From: Deltaproteobacteria bacterium
Lineage (GTDB): Bacteria > Myxococcota > JACPTQ01
NCBI GenBank assembly: GCA_016192705.1
Contig: JACPTQ010000014.1
Coordinates: 15,503 to 79,502, forward strand
Length of the DNA stretch: 64,000 nt
Direction: 5' to 3'
A model generated the notes under the pieces. It made no database searches. It was not told the origin of the DNA and saw only the letters and a list, made by a program, of their open reading frames with translations. The position numbers were made by a program, and so were the translations under genes. The first letter of the stretch is position 1. Each line of letters begins with the position of its first letter. Shown in pieces: positions 35,928 to 45,802 of this stretch.

Positions 35928-37891
35928 TCGACCGGCTGCCCGAGTCGCCGGGCGTTTACCTCATGCGGGCGACGTCGGGCGACGTCGTTTACGTTGGGAA
36001 GGCGGTCCATCTTCGGGCGCGCGTGCGGTCGTATTTTCACCGGTCGGGCGACACGCGGGCGTTTGTGCCGATGCTCGGAGAGCTGCTTGGCGACATCGAA
36101 ACGATCGTCACGCGAACTGAGAAGGAGGCTCTGCTTCTCGAGCGGACGCTGATTGCGCGGCATCGCCCGCGATTCAATATTATTTTTCGCGACGACAAAT
36201 CGTATTTGTCGCTCAGGGTCGACAGCGCGCACGCATGGCCCCGCGTCGAGGCGGTGCGATCGCGAAACGTCGTCTTGCGTGCGGAGGGGGACGCGGCGAG
36301 GCACTTTGGGCCGTATCATTCGGCGACGTCGATTCGCGAAACGCTGAGCTTGTTGAATCGGCACTTTCAGTTGCGCACCTGTTCGGATTATGAACTCGCG
36401 CATCGCAAGCGGCCGTGCATTCAATACGACATCAAGCGGTGCCCCGCGCCGTGCGTGCTGCCGGTTGACGGAGGCGAGTATCGGGCGCGCGTCGAAGAAA
36501 CGATTCTCTTTTTGAGCGGGCGCGGGCGAGAGCTGCTTGACCAGCTTCTGGCGCGAATGAAGGACGCGTCGGAAGCGCTCGAGTTCGAACGGGCGGCGCA
36601 GATTCGCGACCAGATATCGGCCGTGGAGCGGTCTCTCGAGCGTCAGGCGGCGATCCTTGAGGCGCGCGTCGACACCGATGTCTTCGCGCTCCATCGCGAG
36701 GGGGACGTGGGCGAGGGCGCCGTATTGTTTGTGCGCGCGGGGCAGCTTGTTGGCGCGAAGGCGTGGCCGCTCAAGGCGGTGGTGTTGCCCGACGACGAGG
36801 TGCTCGCGGGTCTGGTCGCCGCGCACTACAGCGCGACGCGCGATTTCCCGGAGGAGGTGTGGCTTCCGCGGGCGCTGTCGCCGGATGCGGTTGGGATTGA
36901 GGCGCTTGGTGAATGGTTGTCGGAGCGGAGTGGACGGCGCGTGCGCGTTATTGCGTGGGAGCGGGGCGAGCGACGGCGCGTGCTTGAGCTTGCGCTTGAG
37001 AATGCGCGGACAGCGTTCGCCGTGAGAATGTCGAAGACGGAGCGAAACCGCGAGGTGCTCGAGCGTGTAAGCGAGAAGCTGCACTTGCTGCGGCGGCCCG
37101 AGCGGATTGAGTGTTACGACATTTCGAATCTTCAGGGGACCGACATCGTTGGCGCGCGCGTTGTGTTTGTGCGCGGCGAGCCGTCGAGGGCCGATTATCG
37201 GCGGTACAAGGTACGCGGCGTCGCGGGGCAGGACGACTTTGCGGCGATGCGCGAGGTGCTAAGGAGAAGATTTGGGGAAAAGAGAAGAGAAACCACAGAG
37301 ACGCTGAGTTCACGGAGGTCGGAGGAGAAGAAAAAGAAGAATAGGACGGGAGCGGTTGCGGACAGCGCAAGCGGACTTCGGGATGCGGATGCTGGAGCCG
37401 GGTTGGAACCGTTGCCGGACCTTGTTGTGCTCGACGGTGGGCCGGGGCAACTCGGCGCGGGTGCGGCTGTGCTGAAAGATTTGGGCGTTACAGTGCCGAT
37501 CGTCGGGCTCGCGAAGGCGCGCGTAAAATCACGCGGCGCGACGAACGAACCCGAACAAACGGTCGAGCGCGTGTTTCTCGTGGGGCGGAAAAACCCGGTT
37601 GTCCTTCCGCCGGCGTCGCGCGAGCTGCAACTCCTCATGCGGATTCGGGACGAAACGCACCGGTTCGTGATCACGTTTCATCGGCATCGACGCGGGAAGG
37701 CCGCACGAACGTCGCGGCTCGAGGAGATTCCGGGCGTCGGTCGCGCCCGCGCGCGCGCCATCTTGCGCCACTTCGGGAGCTTGAAGCGGACGGAAGGTGC
37801 GACGATTGAAGAGTTTGCGCGGGTTCCCGGGATTTCGAAGCGTCTGGCGGCGCAGATTTCGCAGGCGCTTCGGCGCGGGGTAACTCAGTAA
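35903..37891 (+). CDS. uvrC: excinuclease ABC subunit C
   Basis: N-terminal GIY-YIG (PESPGVYLMRATSGDVVYVGKA), UvrBC-interaction and C-terminal HhH regions; GTG start. Contains a Lys/Arg-rich low-complexity insertion. Confidence 0.9.
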   Translation: MKPELAEKIDRLPESPGVYLMRATSGDVVYVGKAVHLRARVRSYFHRSGDTRAFVPMLGELLGDIETIVTRTEKEALLLERTLIARHRPRFNIIFRDDKSYLSLRVDSAHAWPRVEAVRSRNVVLRAEGDAARHFGPYHSATSIRETLSLLNRHFQLRTCSDYELAHRKRPCIQYDIKRCPAPCVLPVDGGEYRARVEETILFLSGRGRELLDQLLARMKDASEALEFERAAQIRDQISAVERSLERQAAILEARVDTDVFALHREGDVGEGAVLFVRAGQLVGAKAWPLKAVVLPDDEVLAGLVAAHYSATRDFPEEVWLPRALSPDAVGIEALGEWLSERSGRRVRVIAWERGERRRVLELALENARTAFAVRMSKTERNREVLERVSEKLHLLRRPERIECYDISNLQGTDIVGARVVFVRGEPSRADYRRYKVRGVAGQDDFAAMREVLRRRFGEKRRETTETLSSRRSEEKKKKNRTGAVADSASGLRDADAGAGLEPLPDLVVLDGGPGQLGAGAAVLKDLGVTVPIVGLAKARVKSRGATNEPEQTVERVFLVGRKNPVVLPPASRELQLLMRIRDETHRFVITFHRHRRGKAARTSRLEEIPGVGRARARAILRHFGSLKRTEGATIEEFARVPGISKRLAAQISQALRRGVTQ

Positions 37892-38493
37892 ACGAATTCG
37901 CTTGCAACGAAGGCGGCTCGCGCGCGGACGGCCGAGAGAAAGCGGCGCACCGCGGGGAATGGCGCGAAGTCGAAGCCGCCCGCGTCGAGTGCCGCGAGAA
38001 CGGCGCCGTAACAACAATCGACGAGGGTGAACGCGTTGCCGAGCATCCACGCGTGCGCGGTGAGGTTCGTGTTGATGATGTCGATCGGGCGCACGAGATC
38101 GGCGCGCGCTTTTTCGATCGCGGCGTCGTCGACGTTGCGCCCCGCGCGGCGAAGGACCGTTTCCGAAAACCAAACGGTGCCGATCCGTTCGGCGAGTGTG
38201 CTCGTTTCGTAAAAAAGCCAACGCGCGGCGTTTCCGCGTCCTTGTGCGTCTTGCGGCCAGAGGCGGGACTCGCGTTCACCGAGGTACGTCAAAATGGCGT
38301 TCGACTCCCAGAGCAGGAAGCCATCGTCGTCGAGAAGCGGCACTTTTCCGTTCGGGTTCAGCGCGCGAAAAGGCGGCTCGCGCTGTTCGCGTTTGAAAAG
38401 GTCGACTTCGATGCGCTCGTAGGGGATGCCGAGCTCCTCGAGCGCGAGGCGGCACTTCTGCGGATTAAACGACCAGTACCAATAGAGCTTCAT
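37885..38493 (-). CDS. glutathione S-transferase
   Basis: N-terminal thioredoxin-like MKLYWYWSFNPQKCRLALEELGIPYE and ESNAILTYL motif. Confidence 0.75.
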   Translation of the reverse strand: MKLYWYWSFNPQKCRLALEELGIPYERIEVDLFKREQREPPFRALNPNGKVPLLDDDGFLLWESNAILTYLGERESRLWPQDAQGRGNAARWLFYETSTLAERIGTVWFSETVLRRAGRNVDDAAIEKARADLVRPIDIINTNLTAHAWMLGNAFTLVDCCYGAVLAALDAGGFDFAPFPAVRRFLSAVRARAAFVASEFVY

Positions 38494-38605
38494 AGAATCA
38501 CGCGCGATGTCATTCGCTGTCGCTAACACGGCCGCGCGCGCGGTTCAACGTGACGACTTGGGTTGCCGTTTCGTCGGGGGCCGAGTTGGTGTAAAGAGGT
38601 GATTC

Positions 38606-39091
38606 ATGAGTGACAACATGAGTGCGTTTTGGGTGTTTGCAACCGAGATCGGAAACGTTGGGATCGCGTGGAGCGACGTGGGGGTGACGCGCGTTGAGAT
38701 CGCGACGACAGAGCGTACGACCGGCGCGGCACCAGCGTGGGTGAGGGGCGTTGCGGAAAAAATCCGCGGGCATTTTGCGGGACACGCGCAGGAGTTTAGC
38801 GAAGTGCCGCTCGATTGGAGCGCGGTGACGCCGTTTCGGCGGCGCGTTTACGAGGCGGCGCGGGCGATTCCGAGTGGCGCGACCGCGACGTACGGCGATG
38901 TTGCGCGCACGATCGGCGCGTCGGGTGCGGCACGCGCGGTTGGGCAGGCGCTCGGGAGGAATCCGTTCGGGATCATCGTGCCGTGTCATCGCGTGGTTGC
39001 AGCCGGCGGCAAGATGGGGGGGTTCTCGGCGCCGCGTGGCATTGAGCTCAAACGAAAGATGCTGGGCATTGAGGCGGCTTTCGAATGCTGA
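38606..39091 (+). CDS. ogt: methylated-DNA--protein-cysteine methyltransferase
   Basis: Active-site IVPCHRVV motif and HTH-like region. Confidence 0.85.
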   Translation: MSDNMSAFWVFATEIGNVGIAWSDVGVTRVEIATTERTTGAAPAWVRGVAEKIRGHFAGHAQEFSEVPLDWSAVTPFRRRVYEAARAIPSGATATYGDVARTIGASGAARAVGQALGRNPFGIIVPCHRVVAAGGKMGGFSAPRGIELKRKMLGIEAAFEC

Positions 39092-39699
39092 ACGGTCACG
39101 CGGGTGCGGTGCGTGCGCTCGCAAAGGCCGACCGCGATTTGGCGCGGCTTATGAAACGCGTCGGGCGGTGTCGGCTCGAAGTTGCGGAGATGCAGAGCCC
39201 GTTCGAGGCGCTCGCGGAAGCGATCGTGTACCAGCAGCTGACCGGGAAGGCGGCGGCAACGATTTTCGGCCGCGTGAAGGCGGTTGCGGGCGGAAAGCGT
39301 CTCAGGCCAGACGCGGTGCTCGCCGCGACCGATGAAGCGCTTCGCGGTGCGGGTTTATCGCGTGCGAAACTCGCGGCGCTCCGCGATTTGGCCGACAAAA
39401 CAAAAACAGGCGTTGTCCCTTCGTTCGCCGCGCTGAAACGCTTGGGCGACGACGCGATCGTTGAGCGCCTCACCTCGATTCGCGGTGTCGGCCGCTGGAC
39501 CGTCGAGATGCTCCTCATCTTTCGCTTGGGTCGCCCCGATGTATTGCCCACGGCCGATTACGGCATCCGCAAAGGATTTGCGCGCACGTTCGGCCTTTCG
39601 GATTTGCCGGCGCCGCGCGATGTCGCCGCCCGCGGTGAGCGCTGGCGCCCGCACCGCACCGTCGCCTGCTGGTATCTTTGGCGCTCGTTGGAGCTTTGA
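39085..39699 (+). CDS. alkA: DNA-3-methyladenine glycosylase II (HhH-GPD family, AlkA-like)
   Basis: HhH-GPD layout (..LTSIRGVGRWTVEMLLIF..); ATG overlaps ogt stop (ATGCTGA), so ogt-alkA are coupled. Confidence 0.7.
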   Translation: MLNGHAGAVRALAKADRDLARLMKRVGRCRLEVAEMQSPFEALAEAIVYQQLTGKAAATIFGRVKAVAGGKRLRPDAVLAATDEALRGAGLSRAKLAALRDLADKTKTGVVPSFAALKRLGDDAIVERLTSIRGVGRWTVEMLLIFRLGRPDVLPTADYGIRKGFARTFGLSDLPAPRDVAARGERWRPHRTVACWYLWRSLEL

Positions 39700-39774
39700 C
39701 ACCCCGGGCCGACTTGACGCGCCCGCGCATCCCCGCGAGACTTCCCGCGATCGACGCGTGCACGGAGGGACGTC

Positions 39775-41103
39775 ATGCGAAACAAAACCTTTCTGTTGAG
39801 TTCGCTGTTTTTAGCTGTAGCTGTGTCGGCGTCCGCGCTTGCGGGACCACCGGCCACTCACCGTTCGCGCGACATCGTTCGGCTTTACGGCGGTGAGGCG
39901 CACAAGGTTCCCAAGGGAAACATCGTCGCGGTGCTCGCGAACACGGTTTTTATTTTGGGCGAAAAACTCGCGATTCAAAAAGTCTTTCGATTCGATCCCG
40001 TCCACGTCGCGTCGGCCGGTGCGCCCGATCATGTCGAGGTCGTCGATCTCGATGCCGATGGCGAAGCGGAAATTCTTATTACCGGGAAACCCACGTACGT
40101 CGTGGATATGAAGGGTGAGCCGAAATTTCATGTCGCGGATCGCTGCGATGAAGTTTACGTTTACAAACACACCGTCGAGGCGAAGTCGCTCGTCTTGTGC
40201 TCGGCTGGGAATCGCGTTCAAGTTTGGCGTTGGGATGGCCAGAGATTGTGGGAGATGTCGTTTGCGAAAAAATCGCAGGTGCCGACGCGGTTCTCGTTCA
40301 AGGATTTCGATGGCGACGAGCAACCGGACGTTGAGTTCGAGCTCTTGCGCGCGAGGAAGGCGGTTTACCGCGTGGCGGGCGCGGCCGGGCGTTCGATTGG
40401 CGAGTATTCGGAGCGCGAGGCGCCGTTCGAGGATTTGGGTGCGCGGCGCGCTAAGCAGATCCAGAGCGAGCTCGCGTCGAAGCTCGATGTCGATTTCGGC
40501 GGCGACGGGAAAATTTGGAAGGTCGTGCTGGACGGCGGGACGCTTCGGTTGTTCGACCATGAAGAGGGCGTGCGCGGGAGCTTCAAGGTGCCGGGCGGCA
40601 AGGTGAGTGGAATGGTTTTGGCCGATATGGGCGGTGGCGGAAAGAAGAACTTGGTGGTTGCGCACGGGGCGTCCGTTACGTTGCTGGACGACGCGATGCA
40701 GGTCGTTGCGGCGGCGACGATCGATCCGAAGTCGATCGCGCGGTCGACGCACGTCAAGCTTGAGGCGGTGCATTTTCAGGGGTTTGCGGAGATGGGCGCT
40801 GTGCAAAAATATTTTCTCGACCATTTGGACGATCTCAAGTCGTGCTACAACGCGCGGCTCAAGAAGGACGGTGTTGCGCGACAGGGGAAGTTTATGGTCG
40901 AGGGCGCGACGCGTAAGGACGGCTCGGTTTCAAAGGTCGAGAAGGTGTTTAACGCGCTGGGGTACGGCGATGTTGAGAGCTGTCTTCTCGGGCGATTGAA
41001 GCGGTGGCGATTGCCGGAGCCGAAAGAGGGAACCGAGGGGAGTTTTTCGGCGACGATTTTCTTTTCGTGGCGCGACGAGGCGCGGGGCATGGCGAAGAAA
41101 TAG
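39775..41103 (+). CDS. secreted protein with AgmX/PglI-type Cys-containing C-terminal domain
   Basis: Signal peptide (MRNKTFLLSSLFLAVAVSASALA), SD GGAGG 8 nt upstream; C-terminal ..KSCYNARL..GKFMVEG..VESCLLGRLKRWRLPEP.. parallels the C-terminus of the 27749-29110 protein. Confidence 0.5.
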   Translation: MRNKTFLLSSLFLAVAVSASALAGPPATHRSRDIVRLYGGEAHKVPKGNIVAVLANTVFILGEKLAIQKVFRFDPVHVASAGAPDHVEVVDLDADGEAEILITGKPTYVVDMKGEPKFHVADRCDEVYVYKHTVEAKSLVLCSAGNRVQVWRWDGQRLWEMSFAKKSQVPTRFSFKDFDGDEQPDVEFELLRARKAVYRVAGAAGRSIGEYSEREAPFEDLGARRAKQIQSELASKLDVDFGGDGKIWKVVLDGGTLRLFDHEEGVRGSFKVPGGKVSGMVLADMGGGGKKNLVVAHGASVTLLDDAMQVVAAATIDPKSIARSTHVKLEAVHFQGFAEMGAVQKYFLDHLDDLKSCYNARLKKDGVARQGKFMVEGATRKDGSVSKVEKVFNALGYGDVESCLLGRLKRWRLPEPKEGTEGSFSATIFFSWRDEARGMAKK

Positions 41104-41116
41104 GTTCGGGCGCGAT

Positions 41117-41930
41117 TCAGTTCTTACACGGCTGGTCGCCGTGCGCGCCTGAAAGCGTTTGTTTTGTGTAAAGCTCGAAGTTGAAGCGGTCCGAATGTTC
41201 GGGCGTGTGGCACGGAGCGCATTTTTCCTTGGTGACTTTACACGCGATGCGCCCCGCGGCTTTTGGATTTGCCGCGTGAAGCGAGCCAGTCCCGTGGCAC
41301 GCTTCGCACTGAACATTGGTGAGCCCGGTGGTCGCGCCAATTTTCGATCCGAGCGGGGCCATATACGCCGTCACGTGGCAGCTCACGCAGTCGCCGTCGT
41401 GCTCCTTGCCGAGGGTGGTCAGGGTTTTCCACGCGCGCGCGTGCGCGGTTGTGAGCCACTGCGCGTGTTCGTCCGGGTGGCAACCGGCGCAAGTCGCGCC
41501 GTTCACGACGACCGCTTGTCCGCGTTTGGGCTCGGGCAGCTTCACGGAGGCAAAGTGCGCGACATTGATTTCGCCGACGCGGCGGTTGTACGCGGCGAGC
41601 TTTGCCGCCATGGCGTCGTTTCGAGGCCCGGTGCGCTCAAGCGGGACGAGCTCGTACGTGAAACCGTGGGCGTCGGGCGGCGGTTTTCGCGCCAACGCGG
41701 CGACGCGCCGTTCGGCCTCAAGCGCGCGCAAGCGTCCCTCGAATTCGACGAGCTTCTCTTGAAGCGCAACGGCATCGGCGGTTCGACCTTCGCGACGCGC
41801 GGCCCGCATCTTGTCGCGCGCGTTGACGACTTTTTTTTCGACGAGCGCGATGTCTGCGGGATCGGGCGGCGATAAATCGACGAAGCGTGTCGCGCCCGGT
41901 GTCTCGGTCAGCGTCAGGAGGCCGACGTGT
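41117..41930 (-). CDS. tetraheme c-type cytochrome segment (probably C-terminal part of a frameshifted larger gene)
   Basis: Four CxxCH heme-binding motifs (CAGCH, CVSCH, CEACH, CAPCH). No signal peptide in this frame; upstream track extension is Arg-rich junk. Confidence 0.5.
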
Positions 41931-41931
41931 T

Positions 41932-42615
41932 TCAGATCTTGTCCCGCTTGTAGACGCGTGCTTCTGGTGACGCGGCGTGCCCAGCCACCACGAAATCCGC
42001 GCCCGCATCTGTTCTCGCGAGGGCGCGAGCATCGGCCGCCGAGCCGTGAAAGAGACGAAGGGTCGCGGGCCCGATGCGCACGGTCGCATCGCGCGCGAAG
42101 GGACGCGAAAGTTTCAGCGCGTCGACAAGGAAAGCCTCGCCCGCCGCGAGATCGCTTTCGCCCACAACCCACTGCTTGATGCCGAGCGTCGACAGCGTGT
42201 CGAAAAGCGTCGCCGCTTTGAGCTTTGTTTGCGCCGCATTCAGCGAGGAAAGCTTCGCGCCGCTAAAAAGGGCGTCTCCAGCGCTGACGATTTCAACCGC
42301 AGCGAAACTCTCGCGAATCCGCTCGACCAGTGCCCCCAGGTAATCGACGCCGCCAAGCGGCTTCGATTGACAGCCACACGGCTCTAAGTAACCGCGAACG
42401 GATGTGAGCACGAGAACGGCGATGCGATCCGTTTTGAGGGGGAAGGCGCGGAGTGAAGCCCCTGCATCAGCGGGTCTGGTGTGCGCTGCCGGGTCGCTCA
42501 CATGCGTTAGGGGGATCGGCGCGTTCGGCTTGGATTTGCAACCGGCCACGATCACGAGCAATTGCACGACAACGTTGACGACAACGCGAGAAACGCGGAT
42601 GGAGGTTGCGAGCAC
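41932..42615 (-). CDS. lipoprotein with degenerate metallophosphatase-like domain (probably N-terminal part of the cytochrome gene)
   Basis: Lipoprotein signal (LLVIVAGCKS), weak GD/GH motifs. ORF stops at 41932 where the cytochrome frame becomes protein-like, offset by 1 nt. Confidence 0.35.
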   Translation of the reverse strand: MLATSIRVSRVVVNVVVQLLVIVAGCKSKPNAPIPLTHVSDPAAHTRPADAGASLRAFPLKTDRIAVLVLTSVRGYLEPCGCQSKPLGGVDYLGALVERIRESFAAVEIVSAGDALFSGAKLSSLNAAQTKLKAATLFDTLSTLGIKQWVVGESDLAAGEAFLVDALKLSRPFARDATVRIGPATLRLFHGSAADARALARTDAGADFVVAGHAASPEARVYKRDKI

Positions 42616-42619
42616 GCGG

Positions 42620-44419
42620 CTAGGCGTACATCTGGTCGAGGAGCGTCTGGTATTTTTCGGTCGTGAACTTCCGCTTCACTTTGAGCGTCGGCGTCAATTC
42701 GCCCGTGTCTTGCGCGAGATCGTGATCGAGGATCACAAACTTCTTGATCGATTCATACGACGCGAGCTCACGGTTTTTTTCCTCAATGACACCCTGAAGG
42801 AGCGCCCGAACCTCCGGCCGTTGCGAAAGCTCGGCGAAGCTCCCCGCCGAAATCCCTTGGTGCGCTGCCCACGCTTTCACATTCTCCTCGTTCAACGTGA
42901 TCAGCGCTGTGAGGTAATTTCGTTTGTCGCCGTGGACCATCACTTGGCTCACAAAGCGGCTCGTTTTCAGCGCGTTCTCGATGTTTTGCGGCGCGACGTT
43001 CTTCCCACCGGCCGTGACAATCAAATCCTTCTTGCGATCGGTGATCGTCAAGATCCCACTCTTATCGATGACGCCGATGTCGCCCGTGTGGAACCAACCA
43101 TCCGGCGTCAGGCACGCGCGCGTGTCGTCCGGCTTTTTATAGTATTCGCGCATGATGTTCGGCCCGCGCAAAAGCACCTCGCCGTCCTCCGCGATCTTGC
43201 AGTCGACGCCCGGGAGCGCCGGCCCGACCGACCCGAAGCGATACATGTCGAGTCGATTGACGTGCGACGCGGCCGTCGTTTCGGTGAGCCCAAACCCTTC
43301 GAGGATGAGGAGCCCAGCCGCATGAAAGAACTCGGCGATCTCGCGCGACAATGGGGCGCCGCCCGACACGAAGAATTTGAGGTTGCCGCCGAATCGCGCC
43401 TGCAGCTTTGAGAAGACGAGCTTCGTCGCAATCTTGTATTTGAAGGCGAGCCACCCCGTCGGCAGATCGCCGCGCTGCTTCATCACCGAAACCTCGCGCC
43501 CGACCTTAACGGCCCAATCGAAAATCTTCTTTTTGAGGCCACCCGCGGTTTCCACGTCGCCTTTGACTTTGCCGTACACCTTCTCGTAAATGCGCGGCAC
43601 CGACGCCAAGAACGTCGGCCGAATCTCGCCGACGTTGTCGATCAACTTTTCAATCGACTCGGCGAACGCGATCATCGAGCCCGTTTGAATCGACGCGAAC
43701 ACCAAGATCTTCGCGAAGATGTGTGCGAGCGGCAAAAACAACACTTGCTCGTCGTCTTCGCCGAGCGTCAGCGCTTGGTTAACCGCGTCACACTCGAACA
43801 CGAAATTCGCGTGCGTCAAGACGACGCCCTTCGGCGGGCCCGTTGTTCCTGATGTGTAAACGAACGTGATCGGATCGCCGGGCTTAATCGCCGACGTGCG
43901 CGCTTCAAACTCCGCGCTGTGCGCAACGCCATACTCCGCGCCGCGATTCAGAAAGTCGGCGTAGCCCACGACCCACGCCGCATCGACGCCGTTCCCGACG
44001 GTTCCCGAGACCAAGATGACCTTCTCAACCGACTTGAGGTTGCCGCGAATCTTTTGGAGCTTCGCCAGCTGCGCCGCATCTTCCGCGACGACGTACCGCG
44101 ACTCCGAATCGTTCAAAATATATTCACACTGATCCGGTGTGTTCGACTGGTAAATCGGCACCGTGATGCCGCCCGCGCCGATAATGCCGAAATCCGATTC
44201 GACCCACTCCGCGCGCGAGTTCGACAGAATCGCAACGCGATCGCCCGCCTTCATGCCGGTCGCCATGAGCGCGAGCGAAAAGTTCTTTGACGTTTGCGCC
44301 CACTGATTCCACGTTACGGCGCGCCACTGCCCGTCGACCTTTTTCTTGAGCGCAATTCGATCGCCACTTGTCGCGACGCGGCTCTTGAACACCTCGAACA
44401 TATTTCGTGCGGTTGCCAT
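42620..44419 (-). CDS. long-chain-fatty-acid--CoA ligase (AMP-binding superfamily)
   Basis: AMP-binding signature YTSGTTGPPKGVVLTHANF and C-terminal adenylate-forming domain. Confidence 0.85.
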   Translation of the reverse strand: MATARNMFEVFKSRVATSGDRIALKKKVDGQWRAVTWNQWAQTSKNFSLALMATGMKAGDRVAILSNSRAEWVESDFGIIGAGGITVPIYQSNTPDQCEYILNDSESRYVVAEDAAQLAKLQKIRGNLKSVEKVILVSGTVGNGVDAAWVVGYADFLNRGAEYGVAHSAEFEARTSAIKPGDPITFVYTSGTTGPPKGVVLTHANFVFECDAVNQALTLGEDDEQVLFLPLAHIFAKILVFASIQTGSMIAFAESIEKLIDNVGEIRPTFLASVPRIYEKVYGKVKGDVETAGGLKKKIFDWAVKVGREVSVMKQRGDLPTGWLAFKYKIATKLVFSKLQARFGGNLKFFVSGGAPLSREIAEFFHAAGLLILEGFGLTETTAASHVNRLDMYRFGSVGPALPGVDCKIAEDGEVLLRGPNIMREYYKKPDDTRACLTPDGWFHTGDIGVIDKSGILTITDRKKDLIVTAGGKNVAPQNIENALKTSRFVSQVMVHGDKRNYLTALITLNEENVKAWAAHQGISAGSFAELSQRPEVRALLQGVIEEKNRELASYESIKKFVILDHDLAQDTGELTPTLKVKRKFTTEKYQTLLDQMYA

Positions 44420-44523
44420 TGGAAAACCTCCTTGGCCAGAAACGTCGCGGATTATTGCGGTCGCCCGCGTTGGGTGTCAAGGAGTCCAACATGCGTCAGG
44501 TCGGGGACGAGGCGCCTTGCGTT

Positions 44524-45252
44524 GCCTGATTCCCGGTTAACGGCCAAGACCAGCGTGGGGCGGTCGGGGTTGGGCTCGCTCCGGCTCGCGAAAGTCCTCG
44601 GGTCTGACATGAAATGTGAGTCTGCACGAAATGAATCAAACATCATGAGAACGGCAATCCCACGCCCCATCGGAACCTCATCCCCTGCGGACGCGACCCG
44701 GAGCAAGCCCAATCCCCGCCCGCCCAACCAGAAACTGCCCGTTTCCCTGGAACGTCGGCTAGGAGACTTGGGGGTCGATCGATCGTCAGCAGACACCCAG
44801 CGGGTGAACTCTTCTAACCGCCCTCAAGCCCAGAAAACACGTCTCCGAAAAACGGTCCGCCCGGATTTGCGTAGGGTCGGCAGGGGCGCAGCGTAGGCGC
44901 GCCTATTCCGCGAGCAGTCTGTCGGCAAGCCAGCGGCTATTTCCGCTGCCTTCTGCGGATGCTCCAGTGCGAGCGGAATGGCAAGGGCGACGGAACACCC
45001 GAGATCTTTGTGTGCTCGGAGTTGCAAATGCCGGTTGTGCTCGACCGAACTTGGTGTCGCGGCAGTGCCGCGCAGCCCGCAGCCCGACCTTCGCGCAGGG
45101 TCAGAGGTGTCATGTATGCACGGATTTCCATTTATTCCCATGTTTTCATTTGAGCGACTTGCGAACGGATTGAGGGCCAGACCCGAGGACGTCGGCGCGC
45201 CGAAGCGGGCTCCTGTCGACCCTCGCGCTCACGAGCAAACGAACTGCTTAAC
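44524..45252. mobile_element. MITE-like interspersed repeat, copy C (mosaic)
   Basis: Left 145 bp near-identical to copies A and B. Contains in inverted orientation an ~85-bp module present in copy A (17940-18030). Flanked by a perfect 22-bp direct repeat CGGGGACGAGGCGCCTTGCGTT at 44502-44523 and 45253-45274. Confidence 0.7.
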
Positions 45253-45355
45253 CGGGGACGAGGCGCCTTGCGTTTATGGTGCCGACGGGCCAGACTTCGA
45301 ACTCCGTTCACCGAGCGGGCGAACGGGACCGGCCGGTGGTGATGGAGGTGGCGCA

Positions 45356-45802
45356 ATGACTCTGGATCTCGCAACGGTTCAATCGATGATGGAAGGTGGT
45401 CTCCCCTACGTGAAGAAGCTTGGCGTCAAGCTGGAGGAGGGCGGTGGGAATCGAGCGTTTCTGCGGCTTCCGTGGGACCCAACGAATACGAACCACGTCG
45501 GTACGCTTCACGCGGGGGCGCTCTTCACGTTTGCCGAAACAGCGGGCGGCGCCGGGATCCTTTTCTCGTTCGACCTTTCGAAGGTTCGCCTTCTCGCGAA
45601 GCAAGCGACGATCGAATACAAGCGCCTCGTCACCGGCGATGTGACAAGCGAAGTCGTTGTACCGCCTGCGGATGTCGCGCGCGTCATGGCTGAAGTCGAT
45701 GCGGGTGGGCGTGCGACGTACGATTTACGCGTCACGCTGAAGGACGATTCCGGCGAAGCCGCGGCGCTCGTCTCGATCACGTACCACTTCAAAAAACTTT
45801 AG
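45356..45802 (+). CDS. hotdog-fold acyl-CoA thioesterase (PaaI/YiiD-like)
   Basis: About 148 aa with ..NHVGTLHAGALFTFAETAGG.. hotdog core; strong SD GGAGG 7 nt upstream of ATG 45356. Confidence 0.6.
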   Translation: MTLDLATVQSMMEGGLPYVKKLGVKLEEGGGNRAFLRLPWDPTNTNHVGTLHAGALFTFAETAGGAGILFSFDLSKVRLLAKQATIEYKRLVTGDVTSEVVVPPADVARVMAEVDAGGRATYDLRVTLKDDSGEAAALVSITYHFKKL

